DNA from: Trypanosoma brucei
Taxonomy: Eukaryota
Reading direction: 5' to 3'
Assembly: GCA_000002445.1 (NCBI GenBank)
Contig: CP000069.1
Location: 1,554,916-1,618,915, forward strand
Length of the DNA stretch: 64,000 nt
The notes beneath the pieces are model-generated. The model was not told the origin of the DNA. It was given only the letters and a program-made list of their open reading frames with translations, and did not search any database. A program made the position numbers and the translations under genes. Of the stretch, positions 11,459 through 24,661 are shown in pieces. Position 1 is the stretch's first letter. Each line of letters opens with the position of its first letter.

Positions 11459-12883
11459 TTAAAAGAAAACTGGAATCCTTGCAAGCATTATTCTCAAATT
11501 TGCAGTTATTGTCCTTTTCGCAAGCTTGCTTGTTAGTGCCGTGTTTTGCACACTTCCCTTCGGTTTTCTCATCATTTCCTCTTGCTTTTTCTCCTTTTTT
11601 GCTGCTTCTTTTTTGGCTTTCTCAGTGAGCTTGCAAGTGCTGTCTTTCCATTCGCAACCGTTTGTGTTCCTGCAGTCTTCTTGTTCCTTTCCTTCACATT
11701 TTTGTGGCTCTGTTTTAGTTACTTCACAATCTTGTTTTGCACTTATCTTTGCCCCGAGATCACAAGCCGTTTTGTTCACCTTCATCTGCTCTTTGAAAAA
11801 ATATGCTCGAGTCCCTTCAATACCTTTGGCTTCGTGCACAGTGCGATATTTTTTAAGGTCTGCTTTTATCCTGTTTAAAGTTGGCACGTCTATAGTCTGC
11901 TGTGTTGCCGGGTCCTTGGCTCCGAATGTTGCCACTTCAATTTTCAGTTTTTCAGGGTCAGCCTCTTCTAGGTCTGCTAGGTTTAGCATGACTTTTATTT
12001 CCTGTTGGAGAGATGTTAGTTGCGTATCAAATTTGCTAGCGGTGTGCACCGCGCCGAACGATTTTGCAGCTGCTGCCCACTTGTCTGCGCCACCGTTCCA
12101 AGTTGGTGCGCCGCCTACCGCTGCGCCCGTTGTGATCAGGCCGGCCAGATATGTTAGGGCTTGCGTGCCTCCTGTTGTCGCGCCGCTATGGTGGAGCATC
12201 ACGCACGTTGTTGCTCCGCTGCTAACCGTGCTGGCGCCACTGCTTATGGCTTTGAATTTTTGTTCCACGTTTATTTCTGCCTTTTCTGCTGTTGTTTCTA
12301 AAGTTGCAGCCACGCTGCTGGGTACGTCGCAGCCGGGGTAAGTTGTTGCTTTCTTTTCTGCTGCATATGTTGTCCTTGTTGAGACACAGTCCAGATCGGT
12401 GCCGTCACCTGCTGTTAAAAATGATCGGGTACCTTCCGTTATCTGTCCTGCAAGGTATGCAGCGCTTGCTGATGCTTTGAGGGCGTTAATTGCTGCTTCT
12501 TGGAACGCTGTTGTCGCTGCTTCTGCTTTCTGTCGTGCCAGTCTTGCTATTAGCGTCGCTTCTTTTGCTGCCGTTGTTTTCTCATTCACGACCATCGCTA
12601 CAAGGTCCTGCTGTAAGTTTGTCAGCTTCTGCGTTGTGCCTTGGTGTGTTTCGAGTACATGGACAGCGTTTTTTGTTACAGCTTTTAGCTCAGCACTTAG
12701 GGCGCAAGGTTTAGTTAGTTCTGTGTTCAAAAGAGCTACGTGAGTAGCGGAAGCACTTATGGTTAAAGCTAGTAAAGCTAGAGCTTTTGTGGCTGGCAGT
12801 CCGCAGTTTGAGCACATTGCATTTGAGTTTGCTAAGGATCTGCGAGTGTTGTGCGTCGTTATGCCGCCAAGTTTCGTACTCAT
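11459..12883 (-). CDS. VSG: VSG with a 474-aa ORF. The N-terminal and C-terminal domains look intact, but the last ~40 codons and GPI signal are frameshifted. The most distal shift is a 1-nt difference in an A-run, which could be a pseudogene lesion or a sequencing error.
   Basis: The signal-like region is 'MCSNCGLPATKALALLALTISASATHV'. The Cys-rich C-terminal domain reads '...CEGKEQEDCRNTNGCEWKDSTCKL'. Alternative frames give '...ENNACKDSSFLLNKN' and '...LALTAATAFMSLVAL*'. Confidence 0.75.
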   Translation of the reverse strand: MSTKLGGITTHNTRRSLANSNAMCSNCGLPATKALALLALTISASATHVALLNTELTKPCALSAELKAVTKNAVHVLETHQGTTQKLTNLQQDLVAMVVNEKTTAAKEATLIARLARQKAEAATTAFQEAAINALKASASAAYLAGQITEGTRSFLTAGDGTDLDCVSTRTTYAAEKKATTYPGCDVPSSVAATLETTAEKAEINVEQKFKAISSGASTVSSGATTCVMLHHSGATTGGTQALTYLAGLITTGAAVGGAPTWNGGADKWAAAAKSFGAVHTASKFDTQLTSLQQEIKVMLNLADLEEADPEKLKIEVATFGAKDPATQQTIDVPTLNRIKADLKKYRTVHEAKGIEGTRAYFFKEQMKVNKTACDLGAKISAKQDCEVTKTEPQKCEGKEQEDCRNTNGCEWKDSTCKLTEKAKKEAAKKEKKQEEMMRKPKGSVQNTALTSKLAKRTITANLRIMLARIPVFF

Positions 12884-13654
12884 TGACTTTCTTGGTTGTT
12901 GTTCGCTTTGTAGAGTCTGTGGCTCTCGAGTGCTGTGTGAATTTGGTAAATGTTGTGAAGCTTCCTTTCTGAAGGCGTGTAGGGATGTATTACCATTGCA
13001 GCCACCGCGTTGCTACGGAATTATCTTAAATTTTGACTTTAAATTCTAATTAATATCAAGTTACAATATTCTGTTCTAAGTTCAGCTCTCAGCTATTAAA
13101 TTTCCCTCTGTCCCCTCTGTTGTGTCGCTAAAATTAAAAACGAACGTGCATTCTGAACGAATATCACTCCACTTGTCTTTTCCGTTTAAGGTTTTCAGCC
13201 ACCATCAGATTGAAAGATGGTTTCCACCAACTCCACAGTTTAGTCTTTTCATTTTTTGTGTGAAATAAGGTGCATCATTGGTCTTTCCTTATATATTCTT
13301 TTTTATGTCACGCGCTACGCCTTCGCACATTGCCGTTTTTTCTCTCTCTGTTTTCGCCCCAGCTCATCTGTCTTCTATCGTGTGCTTTACTGATAACGCA
13401 GCAAGTGTATTTGGACTATTCACTCCATATTTTTCAACCTCATTCTTCCCTCCACCATTTCCTTGTGTACGATAAATGCCCATCGTCATGCTTGGGTAAG
13501 AGAATTGGTGTATCATATCTCATACTCTACACCTTTCTTTACTTCTTTAATAATCTTTCTAGTGGCTAATCGTCTTTCTCACTATCTAATTGTTTTTTCA
13601 CGTTTTCACTGTCAACTTCTATTCTTCCCTTCAATTGACTCTTCAGCACCACTT

Positions 13655-13740
13655 TTATTATCATATCAATATACACACACTCACAGCACCCCCTATCCTG
13701 ATGATTATGATTATTATTATTTTTATTATTATTAACGAAA
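13655..13740 (-). repeat. 70-bp repeat unit, upstream of the VSG at 11459-12883.
   Basis: The sequence reads 'atatacacacactcacagcaccccctatcctgatgattatgattattattatttttattattatt'. Confidence 0.75.
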
Positions 13741-13932
13741 CTAATATCCATAAAATAGTCAACATAAATAAATAATTTTCACTGGAATAACACCAACTTT
13801 TCTTCACTGTTACCCTATCACTTTGCACCCACAGGAACCTTTAACACCAAATTTTCATATTTTTGAATAATTTCAAAATTTGTCAATATTAAGCAAACTT
13901 CAAAAATTTAAGCAGAAATCTTGTGCTTAGAA

Positions 13933-15431
13933 AATTAATTATAGAACCAAAAATGTGAGAAAAAGAGAATTCTTCATTACAGAAGACTTGTTTCCTTTGG
14001 AGTTTGTATTTCCTGATTTCCCTACTTGGCTTTCTTTTTTTGCCTTTTTTGTTTTCCTTCTTCACTCAATGTGCACTTTGTTTTTGTTTTGTCATAAGTG
14101 CAACCAGTTTTTGCCTTTCATTCTTCAGCATCTTTTTCTGAATTACATTCCTCTTCGGCTTGTACTGTTTTTCCTTGTGTGCTTAGCTTTTCCGGCTTTT
14201 TTGTGGCAACTGGCATGGGGGATTCCGCAAGTTTGGCTGTCGCCAGGGTAGTGTATATGGCTTCTGCCTGCTTTTTGATCGCACAAAGTTGTCTGTTTGC
14301 CGCTTTCGCCGCTTCATCTGCTCTCTGTGCGTCTTGTAGTTTGCTCGCTGCTTCCTGTATTTTTAGTTCCCACTCGATGTTGATTGCTGTTCCAGCACCT
14401 GTGATTGCCGTTGCCTGCATGAGGTCTATGCACGCTATGCCGGCGGCTGTTTGGCAGTCTAACTGGCCTTTTTGTGTTCCGATATAAATGCCCACGCCGG
14501 TGCCAGTTCCGAGAGTTCTGGTTCTTGCCAGGAACCTCTGCAAGGCTCCTAGTACCGCCTCCGGTGTTGGTGATAGTGTCTTGGCTTTCGTGCATGCCGT
14601 GTCTATCGTTTGATACGCCGCTTTAAGCGTATCTGCATTCCAGTCCGCCGGTGCCGGTGCGACAGTGCTTCCGCAGTGATCTTGTGTCGGTTGCCCGCCA
14701 GCGTTGCCCTTGGAGCATAGGCATAGCGCCGCTTGGCACAGCGCTTTGCCGACGTTGGGCAAGCCGCATGCTGTTTGTCTGTTCGTCGTACCCGGTGCGT
14801 CACACTTTGTCACCGGCGTCGTAGCTGGAGTTTCGGTGTTGTAAGCTGCTTTCTGCATTGCTTTTTTGAATTGCTCTGCTAGTGTGCTAGCTGCAACTGG
14901 GTAATTCTCGTCAAACGCAGTTCTGATTTCTGTTGCCTGTTGTGCTAGCGCTGCCACTGCTGCTGCTGCTGAGCGGCCTTGTGCTGACATTAGTTTATCC
15001 GCTGGGATCAGAAGTTGGCTTGGACGAGAGTCTTTGTTCTTTGTGTCGTGTGCGAGTTTTTGCCATTTTAACCAGTCGTCCTTGCATTTTTCTGCTTTGT
15101 CAGTTGCTGGACATGCTGGTGCATCCGTCTTGTCTTTGATCTTGTCCGTTGGGAATGTACTTGTCCAGTCTGGATTCGCTAGCGTGATGTTGATTTGTTC
15201 TATTCGTGTTATCGTTGTGTCATCTATTGGTGTTATTGTCAGTTGAGGCGCTGATGCGTCAGCTGTTTTTATCAGCTCGCATATGTCGTTCAATTCAGCT
15301 AAATTTTTGGCCTCGGTGTTGACGGCTTCGACATTATGTGCACAGCATAGCCACACGACTATCGTTAACGGTAGAACTTCTTTGCATCTTATGGAGACTA
15401 GTGGTTTGGAATATTGTTTCATATTTGACAT
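13933..15431 (-). pseudogene. VSG: VSG with a 437-aa N-terminal-domain ORF (14118-15431). The C-terminal domain and GPI signal sit in other frames downstream.
   Basis: The N-terminal domain is paralogous to the VSG at 39528-41060 (a shared motif is '...NLAEL...C.LIK.A....'). Downstream frames give '...AKTGCTYDKTKTKCTLSEEGK...' and a tail 'KSSVMKNSLFLTFLVL*'. Confidence 0.75.
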
Positions 15432-17354
15432 TGAAAATTGTTGCTTTGTGCTTAAACCAGAAATTGGAGACTGTTGTTTGATGTTTTCTGTGATTGCAGC
15501 GCGCCGCCGAGTTTAGAGCTATCTTCTGATTATCTTGGTTTCTGAAGAATTGGGTGTTCTTTATGAAGTGCCAACATATAATGGGATTTACAATTATATT
15601 GGTCTTTAGCTGGTAGACTATTAAGTACCTTTTGGTTGGATGGAGTTTCCGGCTTGTGATGAGGTTAAATTGAAAAAATGTATGCTGTGCGATAGGTTAG
15701 AAGCAGTTATCGCTTCTGGAGTCCGGTTTTTGTGGGCTGGAATATTATCCTTAAAATACCCTCTACTACCATTGCCCTCTGTCTCATCTACTTACTCGAT
15801 GCTTTCTATATCAAATAGCATCGTTATATTATTATTCCAGATTATAGGACTACAGTAGTATCATCCCCAGTTACCATGTCTCTCAGCAACACTCTAGCAA
15901 CTAGTTTGGCTGTTTTACCCACCTATGATTGACTTCTTTGCAGTTTGTTGTTATTTGGCTGCATTAATATTTTCCTTTTCACTTGAAGATCAAGAGATAT
16001 GGCTGAAGTAAATTTAGAAGTTGTTTCGCCTTCGTAGTTTGTGTCAGTTTTTTTGTATTTGCTGTGCCTTTATATGCTCTTGTTGTTTTGTGTAAAAAAA
16101 TTTCTGTCATTCTTTTTATATGGCAGGCCTTTTAGCATAAAATCAATTTTTAACAGGTGATGCCTTGCTTTGTAATCCAAACTATAAGTTATATACATTT
16201 ATAATATTCCAAACCGCCCCTGGTGTCATTATCCAACACTTTCCCATATATACTCAGATATTCCAGGCAGGTGCTGCTACAAATCAATGAAAAATATTCT
16301 GTATCTAAAATTCACACCATTAAGCTGTTGCTCCATTCTATTTTTTTAATTTCATCTCTAACTTCCGTTGATGAAAAAACAGAGTAATGGTGGCGACATT
16401 TTTGATTACTGTCCCCCTGAAACACCCGGGTAAGATCCTACTGTTCTTTTCCTGCTTCCGTTTATAACTAAGAAATTTTGGTAGAAAAATCTTTTCCTCG
16501 GTGTCTCGCTTTGTTACACCGCTGTTGCCTGCGGGCTAGCGACTACATTTATAAATATTTCTTATTCCTGAAGTGGTTACAACGGTTTCCTTTACACCAA
16601 TGGGGGAGAGGCTCATTGCCATTTGCAACATTATGTACTTCATATATTTTTTCTATTGATTCGCACACATATTATTTTAACAGGTCCCGCACTTTCATAC
16701 TTATTATTTTTGCACTGTAATCCATCAGTACCCGTATTTTAAATATACTTCTGACGATAATCTCATGCTATTGTTGCCAACGAATGCCACTTATTATTAA
16801 CACATTTGATGAAAAATATATTTTTACATTACTTCACACTTGATCTATTCTTTCTTCTTGCCACGATTCTACTTTCGCAAAGCTAGACATCAGGGTCCAC
16901 CATTATATAAAGCTACAGTTGCCATTATATTATCGGTGGCGTTTATTTATTTTTTCCTTGAGAGGTGGAGCGCAATATCCCCATGCATCGCTTTCTTTCA
17001 AGTTGTGTTGTCTACTCTTCAGTTATTTTCTGTCGTTTTTCTCTACTTTGTCTTCGTTGTCTATTACTGTTTTTTCAGATAATATACCAAATGCATCTGC
17101 TCCTGTACCCTACATTCTTTTCCTGCCTTATTGAAACTACATCGTCTCATTCTCTATGATTATGTCTGTCTTCATGATTGTATTTGTAACTAAGCATGTG
17201 AAACCACTCTTTTCCTTGGGGTTGTACCTTTTCTTTAAGAATATTCATTGTTTTTGCTCTGTATCTTTTTCTCACTCACTTACTCCCATTTCATCTCTTC
17301 CGTTGTTTCAACTGCTTCGATTTCACCTATCCATTCGTATTATGACTGTCTCCA

Positions 17355-17825
<471 letters not shown>

Positions 17826-18030
17826 CAGTCTTAACTAATATTCAATGAACAAAATAAACCAAATTAACAAATATAAGAACACCAATCATTTTAAATACCG
17901 TATCACCCTATTACTTTAAGTCCACAATCCACTTTCATATACATCTTTCAAATTTTTATATTTTCTTTTTTTAAAAAATGATAAACTATCAATTTTATCA
18001 AATTTAATATATTTCTCTCCATGTTAAAGT

Positions 18031-19645
18031 TTTTATAAAATTGAGAAGGTATTATTAAAATGATAAAATAGCACTAAACTCATAAATGAAGTAAAAATTA
18101 GAGCAAAATTGTTATTTACTAAGAAACCACTATTTCTGCAGTTTTATTTACCTTTGTTCTTGTCATGTTCACCATCTTTACCCTTCCTGTATCCACAGAC
18201 AGGACTAGATTTACCCTTGTTTTTTCCTCACATTTAGTTTCGTCATTATGACTAACACAGTTTACAGTTGTCGTTTTTCCATCTCCTGTTCCTGCTATTG
18301 TGGTTTTTGTGTCTGGTTTAGGTTTTCATTCCTTTGTGGTTGCGTTGTAAATACAACTTGCGCTAGGGCACTGATCGGCTGTTTCTGCTGGCGATTTGCA
18401 GTCGTCAGTTGCGGATCGTTGAGCCTTGGGTTCCGTGTTTGCCACTTCTTGCGGCTGCGCTGGTGTTGCTGCACTGGCTATTAGACTGTATAGTAGTGCT
18501 GCTCGGTCTTCTATGTTGATAAGCTCGGTTTCGAGTTTTGAGATTTGATTTATGGCTTGCTTGACATCTTTGATCTTTTCCGCCGCGGCTACCATCTGCT
18601 TGTACCAGTAAAGGCCTTGTAATCCGCCGTCTGCCTGTGCTTGCTCTGAATAATCAACGCACAGCTTGCTGGCGCTTTCCTTGCATACATTTGTGTCAGA
18701 GCTGCCCAAGTAAGCGACGGCTTGGCTCGACGGATTTTTTGTGGCATCGCCGGTTACGTGGCCTATGAAAGTTGCTAGCGCTCCGTATACCGCTTCTGGG
18801 GTGCACGGCTGTCTTGGGGCCTTCTTGCACCCTGTGATGATCGCGCCGTAAGCCGTTTCCTGTTGACTGTCCGAGCAGGCGTTCCATGCGCCGGTGTTGC
18901 AGCCTTTTACTTCGAATCCGCAAAACTTGGCTGAACCTTTTTCGTCTTCTGCAGAGAGGCACATCATGTCGTGAGCTAGAGATTGGCCGCTGTTCGGGCT
19001 TTTGCAGCTCTGTGTGCGGCTTGTTGCCATGTGCTTAGTGTTCACTGTGACTTTGTCAAACGCCGTTTTAGACTCACCGAACCGGGCGTTTTGCATATGC
19101 TTTGTGGCATCGTTAGTTGCGGCCTTCAGTTCGTTGTCGGCTATGTTTTTCGCTGTGGTCGCTTTTGCGTGTGCTACCCTTGCTATCCTGGTTAACTCTA
19201 GCTGATACTGGGCCGCTGCTGGATTTTCTCTCTTGGCTATAGAAAGTGTTTGGTACTGGTAATTTTTTCCCTTTGATTTGAGGTCGTTTTTGATTTTATG
19301 CCACTTTAGCCAGTGCTCCCTGCAGCCGCTTTTGTCATCACCTGCCTTTTGACACGCGGCGGCGGCCGCTTCTTCTTCGGGTTTTGTAATTGCATCGGGA
19401 ACCGCTGAGATGTTCGCTTGGCTTGTTGCAGCTGCGACAATTTCGTCGATAGCGGCTACCGCTGGTGGTGGAAGTTCTATTGGCTTGAACGTAGCAGCTA
19501 AGTCTGTGCTGGCTAACTGTTGTAATGTGCAGAGTGCCGCGAAATCTGCGGCGTTTGAGGCATCACCGGCTGTTGCTTCTGTGCGCCAGACTTCTGTTAC
19601 AAAAAACAAGACTAGCTTTGCGGTGCAAATTATGTTGGTAGACAT
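18031..19645 (-). pseudogene. VSG: VSG with a 439-aa ORF (18326-19645). An in-frame stop falls before the remaining C-terminal domain, and the GPI signal is in a further frame.
   Basis: The N-terminal domain contains '...NAADFAALCTLQQLAS...'. The ORF ends '...CIYNATTKE*KPKPD...NDETKCEEK...'. Another frame gives 'NCRNSGFLVNNNFALIFTSFMSLVLFY'. Confidence 0.8.
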
Positions 19646-20954
19646 CGTCTACGCTTCCTTGATGGTGCCTTCTAGTAAAGAAAAATGGTGTAAGCACTGG
19701 TAAACCTGCTTTTTCACAGTACGTTAAACGTTCCTTCGCTGCGCCGTTTTTCTCGTGCTTTTTTTCAATTTTTGATTGCCTCGTGAGTGTATGTTGTTAC
19801 GGCTCTATTCTTCTGTAACATAGATTAGTCCATATCTATACAGTTGTTAGAGTTTCCCATGATCGCTGTCGAAGTCACCGTTTGAAGCCTTGAAAGCATC
19901 ACGCATATTTCTATATCTTAAAATTCAAATCTTATGTTAAGTTTCCATTTGTATTTTGTTGTAATACGGAACTGCGTGAGAAGGAGATAACCGAGGTGCG
20001 TTTCTGCTTGTCACGAAGATGATTTCTCTTATGTTTCCGCTTTTTCGGACTCTCCCTTTCATCATTCCGCGTCTTTTAAGGTGTGTTCATTCTGACTCTT
20101 CTTTCAGTAGTCTTGAATACTGTAAGTTTTTGTAATTTTTTCTGTCATCTGAGGGTCGCTTTTGATTATTATGTGAATCACTCGGTCTTTAAAGACTTTT
20201 AATTTCCCACAAGAATGCCAGTATGAAATTAATTGTGTATTATTAAAAAGATTCTGTGTATTATAAGGTCTATATCACATGTAATATATGCGCGTTTTGT
20301 ATCAGTTTTCACGTGTTTATTTCTTTTCTTCTGTTCACGGCCATCCAATAACATTCCTAGTCTTAAAATCATTCCACTTGATAATATAATTTTTGTAGCA
20401 AACAAGTTATAGTCATTGTCACCATATTTGATGAGAAAACATAGACACTAGATCACACATGTCGAATGCCTTTTTCCTGCAGCTTATTTTCCTCTTTCTT
20501 CACAGTTGGGATTAGAAACTGCCTTTAGCTAGAAAACCATGGTCGCTAACAACATTTCTGCCGTAGCATCCTTCTATTTTCGTGTGAAATACGTTCCAAA
20601 ATTTCCCCTCGTATGAGTTTACTTCTTAGTCCATCGGGCCTCACATTTATTTGTTTCATTATGCATCTACTTTCCCACTCTTTCATCTAATTCTATTACA
20701 ACTGATTGCGTAGCGACTCAATGTGCCTTGTACAACGGACTCTGTGCCTTCATGTTTTCCACTTCCTTCCACTTGCGTACAATTATTTCCGAACCCTTTT
20801 TGTGTTTTAGTCGCCGGCTTTTCCATTTTTTCTATCTTTCTGCAATTCCTTTCATAATAATTATCCACGTGAGCTCTTTTCACTCACCGTCTCTCAATCA
20901 GTATAATTCATCCTTACCATTTTTTAAACCCTTGTGCGCTAGCTAAAAAATTCG

Positions 20955-21010
20955 TTACTTTCCGCCATTATTCGTATATACACACACTCGCAACACATTC
21001 CTATCATTAG
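20955..21010 (-). repeat. 70-bp repeat unit, short, upstream of the VSG at 18031-19645.
   Basis: The sequence reads 'ttcgtatatacacacactcgcaacacattcctatcattagtattc'. Confidence 0.65.
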
Positions 21011-21279
21011 TATTCATGCTGTCATCTCATTAACTAATTTCTATAAAATAAACAATATAAACGACGAAAACAAAATTAAAAAATTAAAACCCCATCACTC
21101 TAATAATTTACACTAACAGCCCACTTTCACACCGAAATTACATTTTTTAAAAGTCCCAACAACTTGCAGAGGTATCAAAAACGTGTTAAAATGTATCAGA
21201 ATTTAACAAAATATATAAAATATTTCCAATATAGTAAATTTGACAAATTTCATAAAATGGATCAAAAGTTCTTAAAGTT

Positions 21280-22817
21280 TTAGAATGCGAACAAAGCCAC
21301 AAAAGCATCAGCCATCAGAATCAACTCCTTATTTAAAAGAATACTTGAATCTTTATATTCTTTTTTTCGATTTTCAGCCACATTTGCGTTCCTCTTGCTT
21401 TTTCTTATCGGAAGCCTTTGAAGTTGCCTCTCCTGCTTCTTTGTTTGCTTTTTCTGCTGCTTTTTGTTTTGCTTTCTCACTTAATGTGCATTTTTTGCCC
21501 TCGTCGCCTTTGTGGTTAAAAAAACACCCATATTTCGCTAGTTTTTCACACTCTTCTTCGTTTTCCTTGCCTTTGGTATTGCATTCTTTCTCCTTGTCTT
21601 CAGCTGATTTTGGCTCCGTAATTTTGGTGGTGTTGGATAGTTTTTTCTTCAGGTCCACTAGCGTTTTGCTATTACGTAGCTGATAATAGCTAAGGATTTC
21701 TGCGAGTTTGTCTTCAACGTTTATGTTTCCTAATCGCTGTTCATTGTCTGATTGGGCGACACCAGCCGGGATGATGGTGTCGTCTATCGCGTTTTCCAGC
21801 TGCTTTAGTTTTTCCTCTTCCTTGCTTACGAATATTTTGTTTATTTTTTCTTCAATGTGACTATTGTCGCTGTCGGCCTTGGTCAAAACCAACTTTTTTT
21901 ATCGCCTCTTTTAGATCGGGTCGCGCATCTAGTGCCGCACTTTCGTTTTGTGTGTCCGTGTTTGTTTCTAGCAGTGCGCCGTTAACGTCTGTGTAGGCTG
22001 CTTTCCAAGCTTGTGTCCCTGTTCCGCTGCCCACCTTCAGGTTGTCTGCCGTTTCCAGCGTTACTTCTTCGTCTGCTGCTGGCAGCTTTACGTAGCCGGC
22101 CATGGCGTAAATGTCCATCGCCTGTGCGGTATGTGCTAGCCCGTCGGTGTTGCCGGAGCCAAGCAGCCGGCATTTGAAGCTCCCGCTTGTCGTGCCTTGG
22201 TGTGTGTTGGCTGCGTTGCTCCCCGCGCCGTGCACCATGTTTTCATAGCCTGTGTCGGTTAGCTTCGTTTTGCTGCGGGTTGTCTCCGCTACTTGTGGTG
22301 GCGTTAGCGCGCAGGGAGTTGCACCTATCTTCCCGCCTGACAATATTTGACCCTGCTCTGCTGAGCTCCCTGATAAGAGGCATCCGTTGTTGGTGCTGCT
22401 TGAAACTTGTTGGAGCAAATTTAAGTATTCGTCTACTCTGCCCTTTAGGTATCCAGCGCTTGACGCCGCTTTCATATGAGAAGACAGGCCTATTGATTTG
22501 TACTTGGACAGGGCTTTCGTTGCTCTCCGCGTGTAGTATTGTTGCACCACCATTCCTTTTTGAGCTTTGTCGGTTCCGACATTTATTTCTACGAAAATTT
22601 CGGCTCTAAGCGCCGCCTTTCTCATTGTTTCTAAATGCGCCAATATAGCATTTGCAGCTTTCACGTTGGAACCGGCTACTGTGCCCAGTTCTTCGCTTAA
22701 TCCGTATATTGGTTTCCAAACTGTGTTTTTGAACCCAAGGTGCTGCGCGCCATCGACCATGTGCATTGCTAATGCCGCTGCTAGTGTTATCACCGCCCAT
22801 CCTAGAAAGCTGAACAT
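21280..22817 (-). pseudogene. VSG: VSG pseudogene. ORFs 21861-22817 (318 aa) and 21374-21892 (172 aa) overlap with a frameshift near a T-run at ~21890, and the GPI signal is in a third frame.
   Basis: The N-terminal domain is paralogous to the VSG at 59721-61166 ('...KPIYGLSEELGTVAG...'). The C-terminal domain reads '...KECNTKGKENEEECEKLAKYGCFFNHKGDEGKKCTLSEKAK...'. The tail is 'KDSSILLNKELILMADAFVALFAF*' at 21280. Confidence 0.8.
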
Positions 22818-24329
22818 ATTGCTGGCTTTACCTTGCTTGCTATTGCTTCGGCTGCTCTACCTTTTTATTTAATAAAATAAAAGATTTTATCCGGATACTT
22901 CAGTTCCCCTAACGTGCGTTTGCGAGTTGTACTTGCGACATATTCCATGAAGCGCACGTATAAATCTCATAAATCACGGGAAAGATCAAATGAGCATTTA
23001 AACATTATTCGCTGACACATTCCTTTCGGAACATGTTCATATATAAGAGTAACATAGAAACAGCTCATTCAACTCCAAAATCCGACTAACGTTATTTAAT
23101 ATACATATATTATTACACTTTATTCGCTTGTGTTTTTCATATGTTCAACGTGTAAAAATGTTGGTTTCAGCGCAGAAGCCCATGGCCACTATGATCAATT
23201 TTTATGAAAAATTGTTTTTTTGACACATTTGCACTTAAAAAATCAATCTATATATAGACATCTCAATTTCTGACTCAACCTGCTTCTGTTTATATACCGT
23301 ATTAAACTTTTAAAACAGGACTATATTTATACACTAAAAAATTCAAATATTATGGTTGATAACCTAATCTTTTTACCGGTAACTTTTTGTTGCTTCACCC
23401 TCTTCAATAACAATATAATGCATCTGTGTTTTGTAACCAAGGTTTTAGTTGGCATTCATCCTTATTCTAGCTCCAATTCGATTGCTTGTGTTTAAGAATC
23501 CGCATCTTTGACAACGTGCATGATTTCTCTATCTGTTTCTACTTCGTTGTTCTTGTCATTAAATGGAGAAAGCCTTTATCCTAATATGGATCACTTGATA
23601 AATGAATACAGTCAATATTTCCAGGTTTTCTAGCATGGAATTTCTGGCATATCACTATAAATGTTTTAAACATCATAAATAATCCTCTAATACTTTACAC
23701 GTACGCTAGGTTAAGCACTTTACAGTTTCTATTCTTTTTTGTTGTCGACTGTAATCCATTGGTAGTCCTATTTTTAAAAATTTCCCCAGACAATATTATA
23801 TTTTTATACACAAATATTGGCCATCTTTGCTATATATTATTAAAAGAAGACTTAAACACCAACTCATATTTATTCAATTATTTCTTTTCATGTTTTTTCT
23901 TTCACAGCTACACATTACAATATGCCATCCGATTAAAAACTACAATAGCCTCCACCATCTTTGCAAAAACATCTATTCACTTCTGTGTCAAATTAATGTC
24001 ATTACTTGCTCCTCCTGTATAACTTCTTTTGTAATTCTCTCTTCTACATCCACCAGCCTCAATTTATATTGCTTCCGCTTTTTTGTCTTCTCTTGCTTAT
24101 TCTTCTAATAATGCAACGAATATATTTGATCAGCACACTGCACTCTTTCTTTTCCTCATCGCACCTCAATCATTTCCTCGTGTATGATAAATCTTATCTT
24201 CAGATTGCGTATGAGACTGTGCATATTCTTTCTCCTTTTCTTATTCATTGCCTCACTTATCCCATTTTATACTTACAATTTTTATAAATACTTCTATATT
24301 CACAACTTATTTAGTCTTAACAAATATTT

Positions 24330-24410
24330 TTATTATAATATTCGTATATGCACACTCACAACACTGTACTATTATTATTATTATTGTCATTATTATAACT
24401 ACTATAACCT
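24330..24410 (-). repeat. 70-bp repeat unit, upstream of the VSG at 21280-22817.
   Basis: The sequence reads 'ttattataatattcgtatatgcacactcacaacactgtactattattattattattgtcattattata'. Confidence 0.8.
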
Positions 24411-24661
24411 TTTCGAAATATATAAAAAAATAAAACAAATTAGAATGGCACTGATTTTTCATTCTCTATCAATCAACTGATTTATACACAGGTTCCGCTA
24501 TCATAAACGTTTTGCTAAAGTTTTGAAATTTTTTTTTTTTACTAATTTGCATATGTGAATAAAAAAGTGTTAAAATAAATCAAATTTAAAAATTTAAGAA
24601 AGTTCTCTCGAATTTAAAAAGTCCATAAAATTTAGCAAAAATTCTTAGATTACTAGAATAC